Origin: Patescibacteria group bacterium
GTDB taxonomy: Bacteria; Patescibacteriota; Microgenomatia; Levybacterales; UBA12049
NCBI GenBank assembly: GCA_026004395.1
Contig: BPJB01000001.1
Span: 841,226-905,225, forward strand
DNA: 64,000 nucleotides
Reading direction: 5' to 3'
This document shows positions 51,173 to 62,045 of the stretch, piece after piece. A program made the position numbers and the translations under genes. The notes beneath the pieces are model-generated. The model was not told the DNA's origin and searched no databases. It saw only the letters and a program-made list of their open reading frames with translations. Position 1 is the stretch's first letter, and the number at the start of each line of letters is the position of its first letter.

Positions 51173-51982
51173 TTACTCTGAAGGTGTTGGTGTATTGACT
51201 GCTGCAGGTGTAGGATTTAATGCAACATATGATTTACCAAGAATTATCAGAATATCCGCTCCTTCTGGTTTAATCTCTTCTTTTGGCAAAGAGCCAACTG
51301 CACCCTTAACATATGTTGCCAGCTGTTTGGCAGCATTACTATTTTTTCCTGTTAGATCAACAACTATTGAGTCTGCATAGTTATCTTTTGAGGCATTTTC
51401 TTTGGCAATAACTTCTGCATTCAAGGATGAGATTTTAAGTAGCGATGCCTCAACCCGTTTGGTAAGTCCAACAGTAGTTGTCCCATTGTAAAGTGCGATC
51501 TTTAGTGGCTGAGATGAGGTAGCCGCTCCTGCAACTTGAGTGTTTACGCTGTTGTCAACATCTACAGGACCAACTTCGATAATTTTATCTATCTCTGGTC
51601 TATAAAGAATTGCTTTTTTTGCTCGTGTATAGATTAGAACCCGGTCTCCATTTTTTGCCCGGGCAAAAAGTTTATTTCCCGAAAGTTGGGTGACATCAGA
51701 GACTGTTGCTGGAATCGGCACCTCTCCTGTTGGCAGGTCAATATGCCGTCCGACTTTGCTTAACAACTGCTGTACTTCATTACTTACAACACTGCCAGCA
51801 AGAAGATTTTTAGTCTGAGTATATTTATAATAAAAATAAACCGCTGTTACTAATAAACCCAAAATAATAATTGTTATGACACTCACCAAAAAATACCTTT
51901 TAATTTTCCAACCATTGTCAGTGTTGTTAGACTTTTCAGATTGTATTATTGGCTTATGATCTGAAGAAGATTTGTTCTTCAT
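51173..51982 (-). CDS. Membrane-anchored LytR_C (LytR/CpsA/Psr C-terminal) domain protein
   Basis: Single TM (LVSVITIIILGLLVTAVYFYY); C-terminal LKIALYNGTTTVGLTKRVEASL...ADSIVVDL...ADILIILGKSY follows the LytR_C pattern. Confidence 0.5.
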   Translation of the reverse strand: MKNKSSSDHKPIIQSEKSNNTDNGWKIKRYFLVSVITIIILGLLVTAVYFYYKYTQTKNLLAGSVVSNEVQQLLSKVGRHIDLPTGEVPIPATVSDVTQLSGNKLFARAKNGDRVLIYTRAKKAILYRPEIDKIIEVGPVDVDNSVNTQVAGAATSSQPLKIALYNGTTTVGLTKRVEASLLKISSLNAEVIAKENASKDNYADSIVVDLTGKNSNAAKQLATYVKGAVGSLPKEEIKPEGADILIILGKSYVALNPTPAAVNTPTPSE

Positions 51983-52078
51983 AGATCTATCATAAAGCTA
52001 TATTGACAAAACAGTCAAGAGAATACCAAGAAAATTTACTTCTGCTTTCTGTTTTCTAAATTATGCTACGATGAGTAT

Positions 52079-54412
52079 ATGAGAAAATTTATCCTTATCT
52101 TACTGATAATATCAATTCTTTTAACACCAGTATTTAACATCTTTAATTTCAGTTTTGCATCAGATTTGTCAGTAACTGCAACTATTCCCGCAGATGAAAA
52201 TGACTTTCAACTGCAGATTGCATCTTCAGCCACATCTCCACTCCAGGAACAAAAAGTTTATTCATACACTATAACATATGGTAGTTATCTTAATCATCAG
52301 ATAAATTTCTCCATAGTCGCAAGCTGGAGTGAGGATACGGCAGAAGGACTGGATTCTCAAATTACAGCAGTCGAGTATGTACACGGAAGTGCCAGCAAAG
52401 GTGAAGGTAACATCAGCCCTATTATTGATCTGACTAACAAAACCATAACATGGGAATTTGACTCTTTTCCCGCTCAGACAACTGATAAAACACTGACATT
52501 CCAACTGAAAACCAAATCCTCATCTTTAACTAACAAAAAGATCAATTTTTCAGTGTCTGCTTCTCTGAACGGACCCGGTGTCACAGTGAATAAAAGTATC
52601 AATCAGTATCTCATAATCGAAGGTACATCAGAAAGTACAGCTGTACCCACCTCAACTCCTACCCCAGCCCAAAGACTATTACCTACTCCCTCAGAATCAT
52701 TGGACAAAAAGAAATTAGATTTTCAAATAGTCGATCTTCGACAGCTGACAGCAAATGAAGTTACACTTTTTATCCAGACCACCAGTGCCTCTAAAATCAA
52801 GCTGGAATATGGAAAAACTTTATCTTTTGATAACATCATCTACAGAAATGTATCTGACACAAAACATCTGCTAACACTCGCCAATCTCAATGAGCAAACA
52901 AAATATTATTTCAGAATAACTATTTTTGACGATAAAAACGAAAAACAATCAGAGATATATACACTGAAAACACCAAAAAAAACAGAACTTACAACAATTG
53001 AAAAAAACAATATCATATTCCTCAGCAATAATATTATTCTGAATAATTTTTCTTTACCAAAAACAGAGACAAAACAAAAATCAGATCAGCACAAGATTTT
53101 ACTGCCTACTGCAACAGATTATCAAATACAAATCCCGTTTAAAAACAAAAATCAAATCAAAAAAGCTGAAGTCTTTGTTAGAAATGATTCTGTTTTGGGA
53201 ATATCACTTTTTCAAAAAGTAGATGCTCTCAGCAAAATGCATCCTGATACTGCTTATGGAGAGTTAGTGCAGCTCTCTGATGGTTTATATTATGTAAGAC
53301 TTAAAGTTCCTGAAGAAAAAGGAATTTATGCTGTTTTTCTGCGTATTACAGATATCTACGGCAATATCACTGAGGAAAAAATAGGCACTGTAATTGCCTC
53401 TCATCCGATACGCATCATCAACTCACAGGATCAAAAAGGTATAGAGGCGGCACGCGCTGTATTATCCATATATGATGAAAAGAGGAAAAAATATATCCTC
53501 ATCACACCTTCGATTATCTCAATACCCAACCCTTCATATTCTAATTATAAAGGAGAAATAAGTCTTGTTCTACCGCCAGCAAAATATCAGATTACAATCA
53601 ATCATCCAGAGTATTTTGAGAAAACCGTTGTCTTTGCAATAGACAGTACTACTACAGAATACCCGCAAATACAGCTTGAGAGAAAACCATTTGACATTAA
53701 ATTTATTCTTTTAAATTACAAAGAAACAATACAGAGCATGATCATCAATCCGGTTCAAAGATATCTAAACCTGATTACCTCTTCACAAAGAATGTTAGAT
53801 CTAACGAGAAATCTCATAATTATTATTTTTATCCTGCTCTCAATCTTCGGCTTTGCCAAGCGCATTCAGATATCTCCTCTCGCTCTACCACTATTTATAC
53901 CTCAAATTCTTCTTGCCAAAATCAAGAATAAAAGCAAACTCAAGAATTATTTAAAAGGAAAAATTACTGATGACAATGAGCACACCATTCCTGACGTCAA
54001 TGTATATCTTTTTGATACGCAAAAAAATGTTATCGATCACACTCTGACCAATAAAAATGGTCTTTTTCTTCTCAAAAATATTGCTGCTGGAAATTATATC
54101 CTTGCCATTTTAAAAGAAGGATATGAAGCCTTTTATTTTTCAATCAAAATACCTCTTACAAATCCTGTTTTGCATTTAGCAATCACCCAAAAATCTCCTG
54201 CCCAAACCAAAAGTGAAAAGATTAAAAGACTACTGTCTTATTCTCTGTCTTTGATCTTTGAAGTATTAATTGGCATTAGTTTTGCCCTGATTATATTAGA
54301 AGGATTAATATGGGGTATAAAAACTATTTTCCCCTATGTTCTTCTAAACAGTATCAATATAGTATTGTGGATTATCTATCAAAAAAACAAAACTCATAAT
54401 ACTCTTTTTTGA
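52079..54412 (+). CDS. Large surface/membrane protein (777 aa) with carboxypeptidase-regulatory-like beta-sandwich domain and C-terminal TM helices
   Basis: Signal peptide; GKITDDNEHTIPDVNVYLFDTQKNVIDHTLTNKNGLFLLKNIAAGNYIL fits the CarboxypepD_reg fold; 3-4 TM helices in the last 200 aa. Confidence 0.45.
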   Translation: MRKFILILLIISILLTPVFNIFNFSFASDLSVTATIPADENDFQLQIASSATSPLQEQKVYSYTITYGSYLNHQINFSIVASWSEDTAEGLDSQITAVEYVHGSASKGEGNISPIIDLTNKTITWEFDSFPAQTTDKTLTFQLKTKSSSLTNKKINFSVSASLNGPGVTVNKSINQYLIIEGTSESTAVPTSTPTPAQRLLPTPSESLDKKKLDFQIVDLRQLTANEVTLFIQTTSASKIKLEYGKTLSFDNIIYRNVSDTKHLLTLANLNEQTKYYFRITIFDDKNEKQSEIYTLKTPKKTELTTIEKNNIIFLSNNIILNNFSLPKTETKQKSDQHKILLPTATDYQIQIPFKNKNQIKKAEVFVRNDSVLGISLFQKVDALSKMHPDTAYGELVQLSDGLYYVRLKVPEEKGIYAVFLRITDIYGNITEEKIGTVIASHPIRIINSQDQKGIEAARAVLSIYDEKRKKYILITPSIISIPNPSYSNYKGEISLVLPPAKYQITINHPEYFEKTVVFAIDSTTTEYPQIQLERKPFDIKFILLNYKETIQSMIINPVQRYLNLITSSQRMLDLTRNLIIIIFILLSIFGFAKRIQISPLALPLFIPQILLAKIKNKSKLKNYLKGKITDDNEHTIPDVNVYLFDTQKNVIDHTLTNKNGLFLLKNIAAGNYILAILKEGYEAFYFSIKIPLTNPVLHLAITQKSPAQTKSEKIKRLLSYSLSLIFEVLIGISFALIILEGLIWGIKTIFPYVLLNSINIVLWIIYQKNKTHNTLF

Positions 54413-54436
54413 AGATTACATTTTGACTGGTCAAAA

Positions 54437-57400
54437 TCAGAGTCTAAAAGGAGCTATTTCACCAGCTCGGAATTGTTTGCCATGTCGCATAAGCTTATCC
54501 AAACCATCAGAAATCATAGAGCTATAATCAACAATAGTATTCCCCTCAATAGAGGGAGAACTAGTTCCATTCTTTTCTAACCAGGTTACATAAATTCTAC
54601 CAGAGGATAAGATATTAGCTCGAGCACCAACAATATCATCTTGTGAGGTGTTTAAAGGCCCTTGCTCATTACTCCAAGTCCTCATTCCATCTGTTGATTT
54701 CTTCCAGTAAATATTCATAGTAGCAGTATTAGAAGGTGTGGTAGCTGCAGTATAGAAATAATAAATATCACCAGTATTTTCATCGAGTGCAACTTTGGCA
54801 TTGGTCAATCCTCTATCGTTACATCCAGTACCGCTGGAACAGCTATCAGTAATTACGTTGGATGTCAGAGTCCATACCCCGTTACTATAGACGGCACTGC
54901 GCGCATCATCGTTAGAACCCAAAGTAGAGTTATCAGTAATATATCCAAGATAAATTTTATATGTTTTTGGATCCTGAACAACTCCCCACTGAGCTTCATA
55001 CGTAGCATTATCTGGGCAGGTTCCACCACAGTCATCAATAGTTACCCAACCTGACCAAGTAGATGTTGTATCTGTAAAGATATTAGAAAGAAAACGAAGA
55101 TTGGTATCATCAAAACGAATAACCATTATATCTCCATTTTCTAATGGTAGGATTGCAATCTCATCATCGTTATCTGTACCCAAAGGATTAGAGGGGACAT
55201 TGCTCCAGTTAGAAGCATTAGTGCAGTTGCTGTTTACCGCATCACATCTCACAAAAAGTGAAATATCATCGCTAACAGCAACATAAAGTTTACCATTTGT
55301 TGATTTGCTAATAAAAGGTATACTACTTGCTGAAGAATATGTAGCCCCATTTGCAATAGAAATAGTGGTTGAGGCTGAATCATTGGAAGTATCTAAACGA
55401 GTGTAATATAAATCATCAGCGCCATTATCCTTTGTTAAAACATGGATATAATTCCCCGTATCATTGGGTGTCCAACGATCATACCAGACAACAACTTGTA
55501 TGCAATCTGTACTATTTACTGAGTCAATTGTCACTGGTGATCCCCAAGTAACACCTCCATTGGTAGTTTTTTTATAGACACAATTACCAGATGAGTCCCT
55601 ATAAAAGGTATAACCTATGTTTTCATCAAGAAAAACAGTATCTGCTCCTACTCCATCTTTTGCGGAAGTTGTAGTATGAACTTGGTTATCAATTTGTGAC
55701 TGAGCATCGATAGCAAGCTGCCAGAATCTAGGCTCGGTGTAAATTAAGTTAAATTTTGCTGACTCGGAAGACATGCTCAAGGTTGTACTAGATAATTCCT
55801 CATTGGGAAGTGCGGATATAGCTGATTGTGATGCAGATTTATTTTTATCAGTGTGAGAAGCTGAAGAAAATTCAGAGTATGAGCTGTCATTAGAAAAAGA
55901 TTGACCTAAAACTATAGATTTTCCAGTTGTGGATTCGTAAAACCTTAAATGTCCAAGAAGATAAAATTGAGGGCTTTCCGAAGGAACCTTATATCTATAT
56001 CCCAAAGTCTTCGACTCTCCTTTTTTAAGAACCACATCCCATATAATTAACTGCACAGATTCCTTAAGATAACTGTTTTGCTCAATTCCCAATAATGGTA
56101 GTGGGTCTATTTTGCCGAAAAAACCATTATTTATATCATTATCATTTAATTTGATACCGAAATGAAGATGTGGGCCAGTTGAGAGACCAGTATTACCTGA
56201 CAAGCCAATGATCTGCCCTTTCGCTACTGAATCTCCCTCCTTAACTAAAAGCTTACTTAGATGTCCATAATATGATCTACCCCAGAGGTGTTCAATCACA
56301 ATAGTAGTGCCATAATCCCAATTCTCTTTTGCTATAAGCACCTTACCTTCATCAACTGAAAGCACATCAGTACCATAAGGAAGAGCAAAATCAACTCCAT
56401 CATGTCCCTTAACACCAAAGTCTAAATATTTCTTTTTAAGCAAAGGGTCTATTTCTTCACTACCGAAAGCTTGAGTTAGAGGATAAAACCCTTTGAAAGG
56501 AAGTAACAAACTTGAAGAAGCTGAAAGGACTGATGCGTTGGAAAAACCCTCTGTATTCTTGGGAGAGATAATTTTTAGATTGGTAAATTGCAAACTCCCA
56601 TCATCTGGTGGAAATATACCAAAATTATTAGGTACTACCTCTACTACTTTTCCTTCAAAATCTTGACTTGCTGTTATTACTATTGACATAGGATATAATA
56701 ATGGTGGATATATTCTTGTGGCACTTTTTCTTTCAATTGTAAAATTATCCTCTTGACTTTTGGAGATAAAATTATCTTGAATACTATATGTTCCATTTTG
56801 GGTTTTGGCTATTAACCTGACATTAAACACTCCTTCATTTGGTACAGTATATTCTGCCTCATAGTCAGGAGATAGAGTAAATTCTTTTTGTCCGCATACA
56901 GGGTTAACTCGTATTTTTCCATTTTTGGTTGAGAGCTCCTCTTGAATTTGACCATTCTGCTGAGTAATAAACAATGTAACATCAGCATCACAGACTATTT
57001 CTCCTCTTTCATCAAGCACAGCAATAGAAAAATTAACTTTCTCAGAAGGTTTATAAACTGCTTTGTCAGTATTTAATGCAAGTACACCCCAAGTGAAATC
57101 CTGTTCAAAAGTATTTCCTCCTTGTTCTGTAACAATTATTTTGTATTTCCCTGGCCTAAGTTTTTGAGATGGCTTAATTGTGACCAGTTGGGAATTATCG
57201 TGAGTAACAACTTCAGGTTTAATTTCCGTAGTATTGCCTTCAGAATCTACCACATTAATTTCTAAATTTGTATCACTAGCATTTTCAATAACAACATCTA
57301 CTTCCTCATCTGCCCGATAATCTTTTTTAACTAATTTTTTAATAAACACACTTTTCTTAATAAGTGCAGATTTAAGTTCTGCAAAACTATTATCTATCGT

Positions 57401-57622
57401 AAGCTGCTGCGACACTGAAGCTGTTGGTTGCAAAGAGTTTATAATCTCAGTAGCTACAGGCTTAGTAAAAATAGTCTCTGATATACTATCTTCTTGGGCA
57501 AAAACGAAGTTACTCTGACTATCAAATAAGAGCTTCAGTATCAACATCGCAGAAAATACAAGTATTCTGCGCTGTAACATCCTTTTAAACTCATTTTTAA
57601 GCAAAAACATCAAAACATTCAT
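54437..57622 (-). CDS. Giant secreted protein with central M23 (LytM-type) peptidase domain, N-terminal Ig-like regions and C-terminal beta-propeller/sialidase-like region
   Basis: HDGVDFALPYGTDVLSVDEGKV...HLWGRSYYGHLSK...GLSGNTGLSTGPHLHFGI gives the M23 HxxxD and HxH motifs. Signal peptide. Its start overlaps the stop of the upstream fibre gene. Confidence 0.65.
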   Translation of the reverse strand: MNVLMFLLKNEFKRMLQRRILVFSAMLILKLLFDSQSNFVFAQEDSISETIFTKPVATEIINSLQPTASVSQQLTIDNSFAELKSALIKKSVFIKKLVKKDYRADEEVDVVIENASDTNLEINVVDSEGNTTEIKPEVVTHDNSQLVTIKPSQKLRPGKYKIIVTEQGGNTFEQDFTWGVLALNTDKAVYKPSEKVNFSIAVLDERGEIVCDADVTLFITQQNGQIQEELSTKNGKIRVNPVCGQKEFTLSPDYEAEYTVPNEGVFNVRLIAKTQNGTYSIQDNFISKSQEDNFTIERKSATRIYPPLLYPMSIVITASQDFEGKVVEVVPNNFGIFPPDDGSLQFTNLKIISPKNTEGFSNASVLSASSSLLLPFKGFYPLTQAFGSEEIDPLLKKKYLDFGVKGHDGVDFALPYGTDVLSVDEGKVLIAKENWDYGTTIVIEHLWGRSYYGHLSKLLVKEGDSVAKGQIIGLSGNTGLSTGPHLHFGIKLNDNDINNGFFGKIDPLPLLGIEQNSYLKESVQLIIWDVVLKKGESKTLGYRYKVPSESPQFYLLGHLRFYESTTGKSIVLGQSFSNDSSYSEFSSASHTDKNKSASQSAISALPNEELSSTTLSMSSESAKFNLIYTEPRFWQLAIDAQSQIDNQVHTTTSAKDGVGADTVFLDENIGYTFYRDSSGNCVYKKTTNGGVTWGSPVTIDSVNSTDCIQVVVWYDRWTPNDTGNYIHVLTKDNGADDLYYTRLDTSNDSASTTISIANGATYSSASSIPFISKSTNGKLYVAVSDDISLFVRCDAVNSNCTNASNWSNVPSNPLGTDNDDEIAILPLENGDIMVIRFDDTNLRFLSNIFTDTTSTWSGWVTIDDCGGTCPDNATYEAQWGVVQDPKTYKIYLGYITDNSTLGSNDDARSAVYSNGVWTLTSNVITDSCSSGTGCNDRGLTNAKVALDENTGDIYYFYTAATTPSNTATMNIYWKKSTDGMRTWSNEQGPLNTSQDDIVGARANILSSGRIYVTWLEKNGTSSPSIEGNTIVDYSSMISDGLDKLMRHGKQFRAGEIAPFRL

Positions 57623-60600
57623 TAGAATTTGGCAAGATAATTAAGGATAATATCTCCTACCTGAACATAATTATTGTTTTTAGAATACATTTTCAGATAA
57701 ATCACCATAGTTTCACCCCCAGTATCGATATCACGATTAGCTCCAGAATCCAATTCAGATGCGGAAATTGTAATCTCGCTCCACGTCTTCTGAGTAGATG
57801 AAACATTTGCCTGACGATAAACAACAGGCGTTGCTTGATCAACAGCGCTTAAAGAGATATCAGTGTTATAGATCAGAACATCCAGTTTATTAGAATCTGT
57901 AGTCGTTAACTCTGTATTAAATTTGATTTTAATTGCAGAATCAGTTGTTGCCCAAGCAGAAAAATCACGAGGGAGAGTCACTCTAACAGCAATCGTATAA
58001 TCATTAAGAGTACTCTGAGAAGAACTCCACTCATAATAATTTTGAAAGTTAGATAAAGCAGCAGAAGGCGAAGCATCGGAGATCATTGTGCCAATAGTTG
58101 TTGCCGATCCGGAAGCTGTTAGGATAGCACCCGGATATTCAGCTGAAAGGGTAATTGTTTTGAGAGGACGTCCAGCACCAGTGTATACAAAACCTTCTCC
58201 AGTTGACCCACCAGATTCAATAACTATTCCCCTCTCCCAACCTGTTCCAATACGAAGCGCTGTTGTAGTCACATTAGCATGATCACCACCTCCTAAATCA
58301 CCTATGTAAATTCCCTCGAGTGTTGATGATGATCCCGTATTTCCCCGAGTGATATTAACCCTTAGTCCAGAATTATCAACACTTACCGTAGTCCCAGAAG
58401 TTTGAAAATCAATCTGCAAACCATCAACGTTAGATGAAGAAGTTCCTGTAGTATTTGAAATATGCGAAAGATCAACAGTTGAATCTGATACAGAAACAAC
58501 ATCAAGCAAATTGGATGGAACTGTAGTCCCGATGCCGACGTTGCCGTTGTTGTCAATGAGGAACTTAGTTAATCCTGACTTACTGGCAGTGAAGATGGCC
58601 TGATCACCAGTTTCATCAAAGATGGCAAGGGCTTTGCCAGTTTTGGCTCCTTGGACTTTAAACAATCCCTCAATTGAGTTCGTGCCGATACCAACATTGC
58701 CGTAAGTACCAGCTCCACTTCCCGGACCAACAAAAAGAGTTCCAACAGTTGAGTTAAATCCAATAGTTAAAGAATTGGCTACAGTGCTATTAAGATGGTT
58801 GAGAGTATTAACACCAGTACCAATAACAATCGCATTATTAGCATTGGAATCAGCTCGTTCCCCAATGACAATACTACCCGCATTATTCGCCGTACTGAGA
58901 TTACCAAGCACCAATGAATTACTCCCAGCTGCCGTGCTGTTATTACCTCCGGCAACAAAAGCATAAGTACCCGATGCAGTATTGCCATAGCCAAATGCCG
59001 CTGAGTAATTACCTGATGCTACTGTAAAATTACCTGTTGCAAAAGAATGTGTACCACTTGCTCTTGCTGATTCACCAAAAGCCACAGAATAACTGCCAAT
59101 ATTACTGTCATCCCAATGTGTACCACCTGCTCTTCCGGCTCTAAATGCTGCTTTGGCTGGAATCCACATCATCCGATTTCCAGCACCTGATGTTGGAGTA
59201 GTGCCAAAAGTAGTATTACCAGTTGCCAAAATTGATCCTCCTTTGGTGATTTGCAAAGCATCAGCAAGTCCTGTGTCTCCACCGGGAGAAATCCTGATTG
59301 TAAGACTACCACCATTCAAAAGATTGAGTTGATTGGCAGGAGTTGCACCTGTTGGTACAGCTAGAGAAAGATTACCTGAGATGGAGGCTGTTGGTATACC
59401 GGAGTTGATATTCAGAAAACCAAACTTGGCGCTACTGGTTGCTGTACCGCCCAAAAGAATATCTAAGGTATTATTAATTGGGAAAAGTACTCCGTTTGCT
59501 GAATCAAGCGTCCAATTTGATGATCCTCCACCTCCAACCGGACATGCGCTCCATGAAGGAGCGTATCCTCCTCCACCTGAGAGAAGACATAACCCACTAG
59601 TGCTTGTCGTAGCAGCACTTAAGACTCCTGTACCAGCAGTGGCAAAAAGTACTGCATTGTTGCCTGTAAAGGCAGGAAGCGTAAGTGTACCCCCTGCTTT
59701 TCCCAATGTTACACCTGTTGTATTTGCTCCACCGCCTAGAATGATAGTTCCTGATGTCAGAGAATCTATCCCAGAGCCTGCCGCAAGCAAAATATTTCCT
59801 GAATTAGATAAGACAAATTTTGTTATCCCGGATGATGAAGCTGTGAATAAATCCTGTGCCTCATACTGATCAAAAATTACCAATGCTTTACCTATTGCTG
59901 TTTGAGAAGCGTTAGAGACTGCGAATTTGCCAACAGGATTGGTCAGACCAATACCTACATTACCTGTACCATTGGGTATAATTGCCAAATCCTGATTGGA
60001 GACTGTAGTAATATCTGTTGAGGCTGATGAGAAGACAAGTCCTGTTGAACCAATAGTCTTATTCGTCAAAGTCTGTGCCAAATCTAAAACCACAACAGTA
60101 TCATTGGCATTAGGAAAAGTAATGGTTGTACCATCAGTACCCGAAAAAGTAATACTGTTGTTAAGTACTACTGTCTTTCCATCTCCAATCTTAAGAGTTG
60201 TTGTTGATGAGAAAGGATTATCTGCAGTATTAGTTACAGTCAATCCATTGACCTTTTGAGAGTTGAAAGCATAAGGAGTGGCTGTTAAGCGAATAAATGG
60301 ACTCATCTCACCATCCCAGCTAGGTGTTGTTCCAGTACCGCCTACATTAATTGAGAGCCAAAGAGTATCTTGATTCCAATCTACATTTGTTCCAAATGCT
60401 GTCACAGAGCCAAGATTTACACGAAAAATCCCATCTGTTACAGCAACTTTATTAGACCCTGTTCGCGTCTCTGTCCATTTAAGCGTCTCATCACCTCCAC
60501 CGGGGACACCATCTCCTCCCTGATAAATTTTAAACTCCAGATTATAATCGCCGTTTGCCACATTGGTACCATCACTATTAACCAGTTTGCCCTGAAAGCT

Positions 60601-60726
60601 AACTGTTTGATTAATACCTACGGCAGCGATAGCAATCTCTGGCAATAAAAAAATACAAGTTAAAATAATGAATGCGCAAAATATTACTAAAAATGATTTT
60701 AAACGGATAAAGATAAACATAAACAA
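57622..60726 (-). CDS. Giant Gly/Ser/Thr-rich tail-fibre-like / YadA-head-like repeat protein (putative adhesin fibre)
   Basis: Signal peptide. Repeated ...GNVGIGTTVPSNLLDV... and SGTHSFATGNFTVASGNYSAAFGYGNTASGTYAFVAGGNNSTAAGSNSLVLG motifs are typical of trimeric fibre/head repeats. Duplicated module KALVIFDQYEAQDLFTASSSGITKF / KALAIFDETGDQAIFTASKSGLTKF. Confidence 0.5.
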   Translation of the reverse strand: MFMFIFIRLKSFLVIFCAFIILTCIFLLPEIAIAAVGINQTVSFQGKLVNSDGTNVANGDYNLEFKIYQGGDGVPGGGDETLKWTETRTGSNKVAVTDGIFRVNLGSVTAFGTNVDWNQDTLWLSINVGGTGTTPSWDGEMSPFIRLTATPYAFNSQKVNGLTVTNTADNPFSSTTTLKIGDGKTVVLNNSITFSGTDGTTITFPNANDTVVVLDLAQTLTNKTIGSTGLVFSSASTDITTVSNQDLAIIPNGTGNVGIGLTNPVGKFAVSNASQTAIGKALVIFDQYEAQDLFTASSSGITKFVLSNSGNILLAAGSGIDSLTSGTIILGGGANTTGVTLGKAGGTLTLPAFTGNNAVLFATAGTGVLSAATTSTSGLCLLSGGGGYAPSWSACPVGGGGSSNWTLDSANGVLFPINNTLDILLGGTATSSAKFGFLNINSGIPTASISGNLSLAVPTGATPANQLNLLNGGSLTIRISPGGDTGLADALQITKGGSILATGNTTFGTTPTSGAGNRMMWIPAKAAFRAGRAGGTHWDDSNIGSYSVAFGESARASGTHSFATGNFTVASGNYSAAFGYGNTASGTYAFVAGGNNSTAAGSNSLVLGNLSTANNAGSIVIGERADSNANNAIVIGTGVNTLNHLNSTVANSLTIGFNSTVGTLFVGPGSGAGTYGNVGIGTNSIEGLFKVQGAKTGKALAIFDETGDQAIFTASKSGLTKFLIDNNGNVGIGTTVPSNLLDVVSVSDSTVDLSHISNTTGTSSSNVDGLQIDFQTSGTTVSVDNSGLRVNITRGNTGSSSTLEGIYIGDLGGGDHANVTTTALRIGTGWERGIVIESGGSTGEGFVYTGAGRPLKTITLSAEYPGAILTASGSATTIGTMISDASPSAALSNFQNYYEWSSSQSTLNDYTIAVRVTLPRDFSAWATTDSAIKIKFNTELTTTDSNKLDVLIYNTDISLSAVDQATPVVYRQANVSSTQKTWSEITISASELDSGANRDIDTGGETMVIYLKMYSKNNNYVQVGDIILNYLAKF

Positions 60727-60946
60727 AACAATAAATCACAGAGAAGTTTTGAAATTTTTAATACCTATATTAATTAGAAAATTTTCTCAGGATGAGGTCA
60801 AATTTTTACAAATATTGCATAAAATGATTTAATATTGCATATTTTTGCATATTTAATTAATGCATAAAATTTTTATTTCAACACAAAATCTCTTCCACTT
60901 GCCATAAATTGGTAATTTTTTTAAACTGATTTTAAAGGAGATTAAA

Positions 60947-62026
60947 ATGCCAGAACAACTCCTCAAAAGATTTTTTTTAATTTTTATGATGATTTTATTA
61001 ATCAACATTACTTTTTTTTCTACTATTGTTTTTGCCGGTCCAACAAGTACCAACTTCAAACTCGAAAGCTATACTTTTGGAGGAGGCGGATCAGAAGCTA
61101 CATCAACAAATTACAAAATTCAGGGAACGATAGGAGAAATCTCAGGAAAATCCAACTCTACAACATTTAAAATGGGTGCAGGATTGACTTTTCTTCTGAA
61201 TGCTCATACACCTCCTGCACCGACTCTTAGCAATCCCGGATCAAACTACGATCGTCTGAAGATAATTATCAATCAAGGTGGAAATGCTCCAGATGTCACC
61301 TATGCACTTGCTATTAGTACTGATAATTTTGTCTCTGATATAAAATACATCAAAAGTGATGCCACAGTTGGCACTACACTTTCAGCAAGTGATTTTCAAA
61401 CTTACTCCAGTTGGGGAGGCGCTTCCGGGTTTTATGTTACTGGACTTTCACAAAATACCACATATTACGTTAGAGCCAAAGCACGACATGGAACAGTAAG
61501 CTATACTGAGTCCGAATGGGGACCTGCAACAAGTGGTGTGACAACTTCAGTACCCACCCTAACATTTAGCGTCAGCTCCAGTACTGTTACCTTTGATAAT
61601 CTCAACGCAGGCAATTCCTATACTGATAGTAGCAAAACAACCGTGCTTACTGTATCAACCAATGCATACAACGGATATGTTGTCAACGCTAGATCAACAG
61701 GTCCTCTAACTAACGGATCCAATACCATTGCTGACTATTCAAGCCCCAACTCAGCCCCAACCGTCTGGAGTGGAACAGGATTTGGTTATACCACCAATGA
61801 CAACGATCTCTCAGGTGGAACAAACAACAGATTTGCATCAGGGACAAAGTATGCAGGATTTACTACCGCATCTCCCGGAGATCCCGTAGCTGATCATCAA
61901 GGACCAGTTACATCTCCTATTAATAATGAACAATTTACTATTAGCTATAGAGTTACAGCTGACTCATCAACAAAAGCAGGCACCTACACAACTACTGTTC
62001 TTTATAACGTAGTACCAGAGTATTAA
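60947..62026 (+). CDS. Secreted surface protein, WxL-domain-like C-terminus (paralogue of 63057..)
   Basis: Signal peptide; C-terminus ...SSTKAGTYTTTVLYNVVPEY resembles the WxL-domain end (KAG.YT.T..W.L...P); shares TNA.NGY.V.A and PT.WS..GF.GYTT.D blocks with 63057..64000. Confidence 0.4.
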   Translation: MPEQLLKRFFLIFMMILLINITFFSTIVFAGPTSTNFKLESYTFGGGGSEATSTNYKIQGTIGEISGKSNSTTFKMGAGLTFLLNAHTPPAPTLSNPGSNYDRLKIIINQGGNAPDVTYALAISTDNFVSDIKYIKSDATVGTTLSASDFQTYSSWGGASGFYVTGLSQNTTYYVRAKARHGTVSYTESEWGPATSGVTTSVPTLTFSVSSSTVTFDNLNAGNSYTDSSKTTVLTVSTNAYNGYVVNARSTGPLTNGSNTIADYSSPNSAPTVWSGTGFGYTTNDNDLSGGTNNRFASGTKYAGFTTASPGDPVADHQGPVTSPINNEQFTISYRVTADSSTKAGTYTTTVLYNVVPEY

Positions 62027-62045
62027 TTTAAAACAATATCTTTAT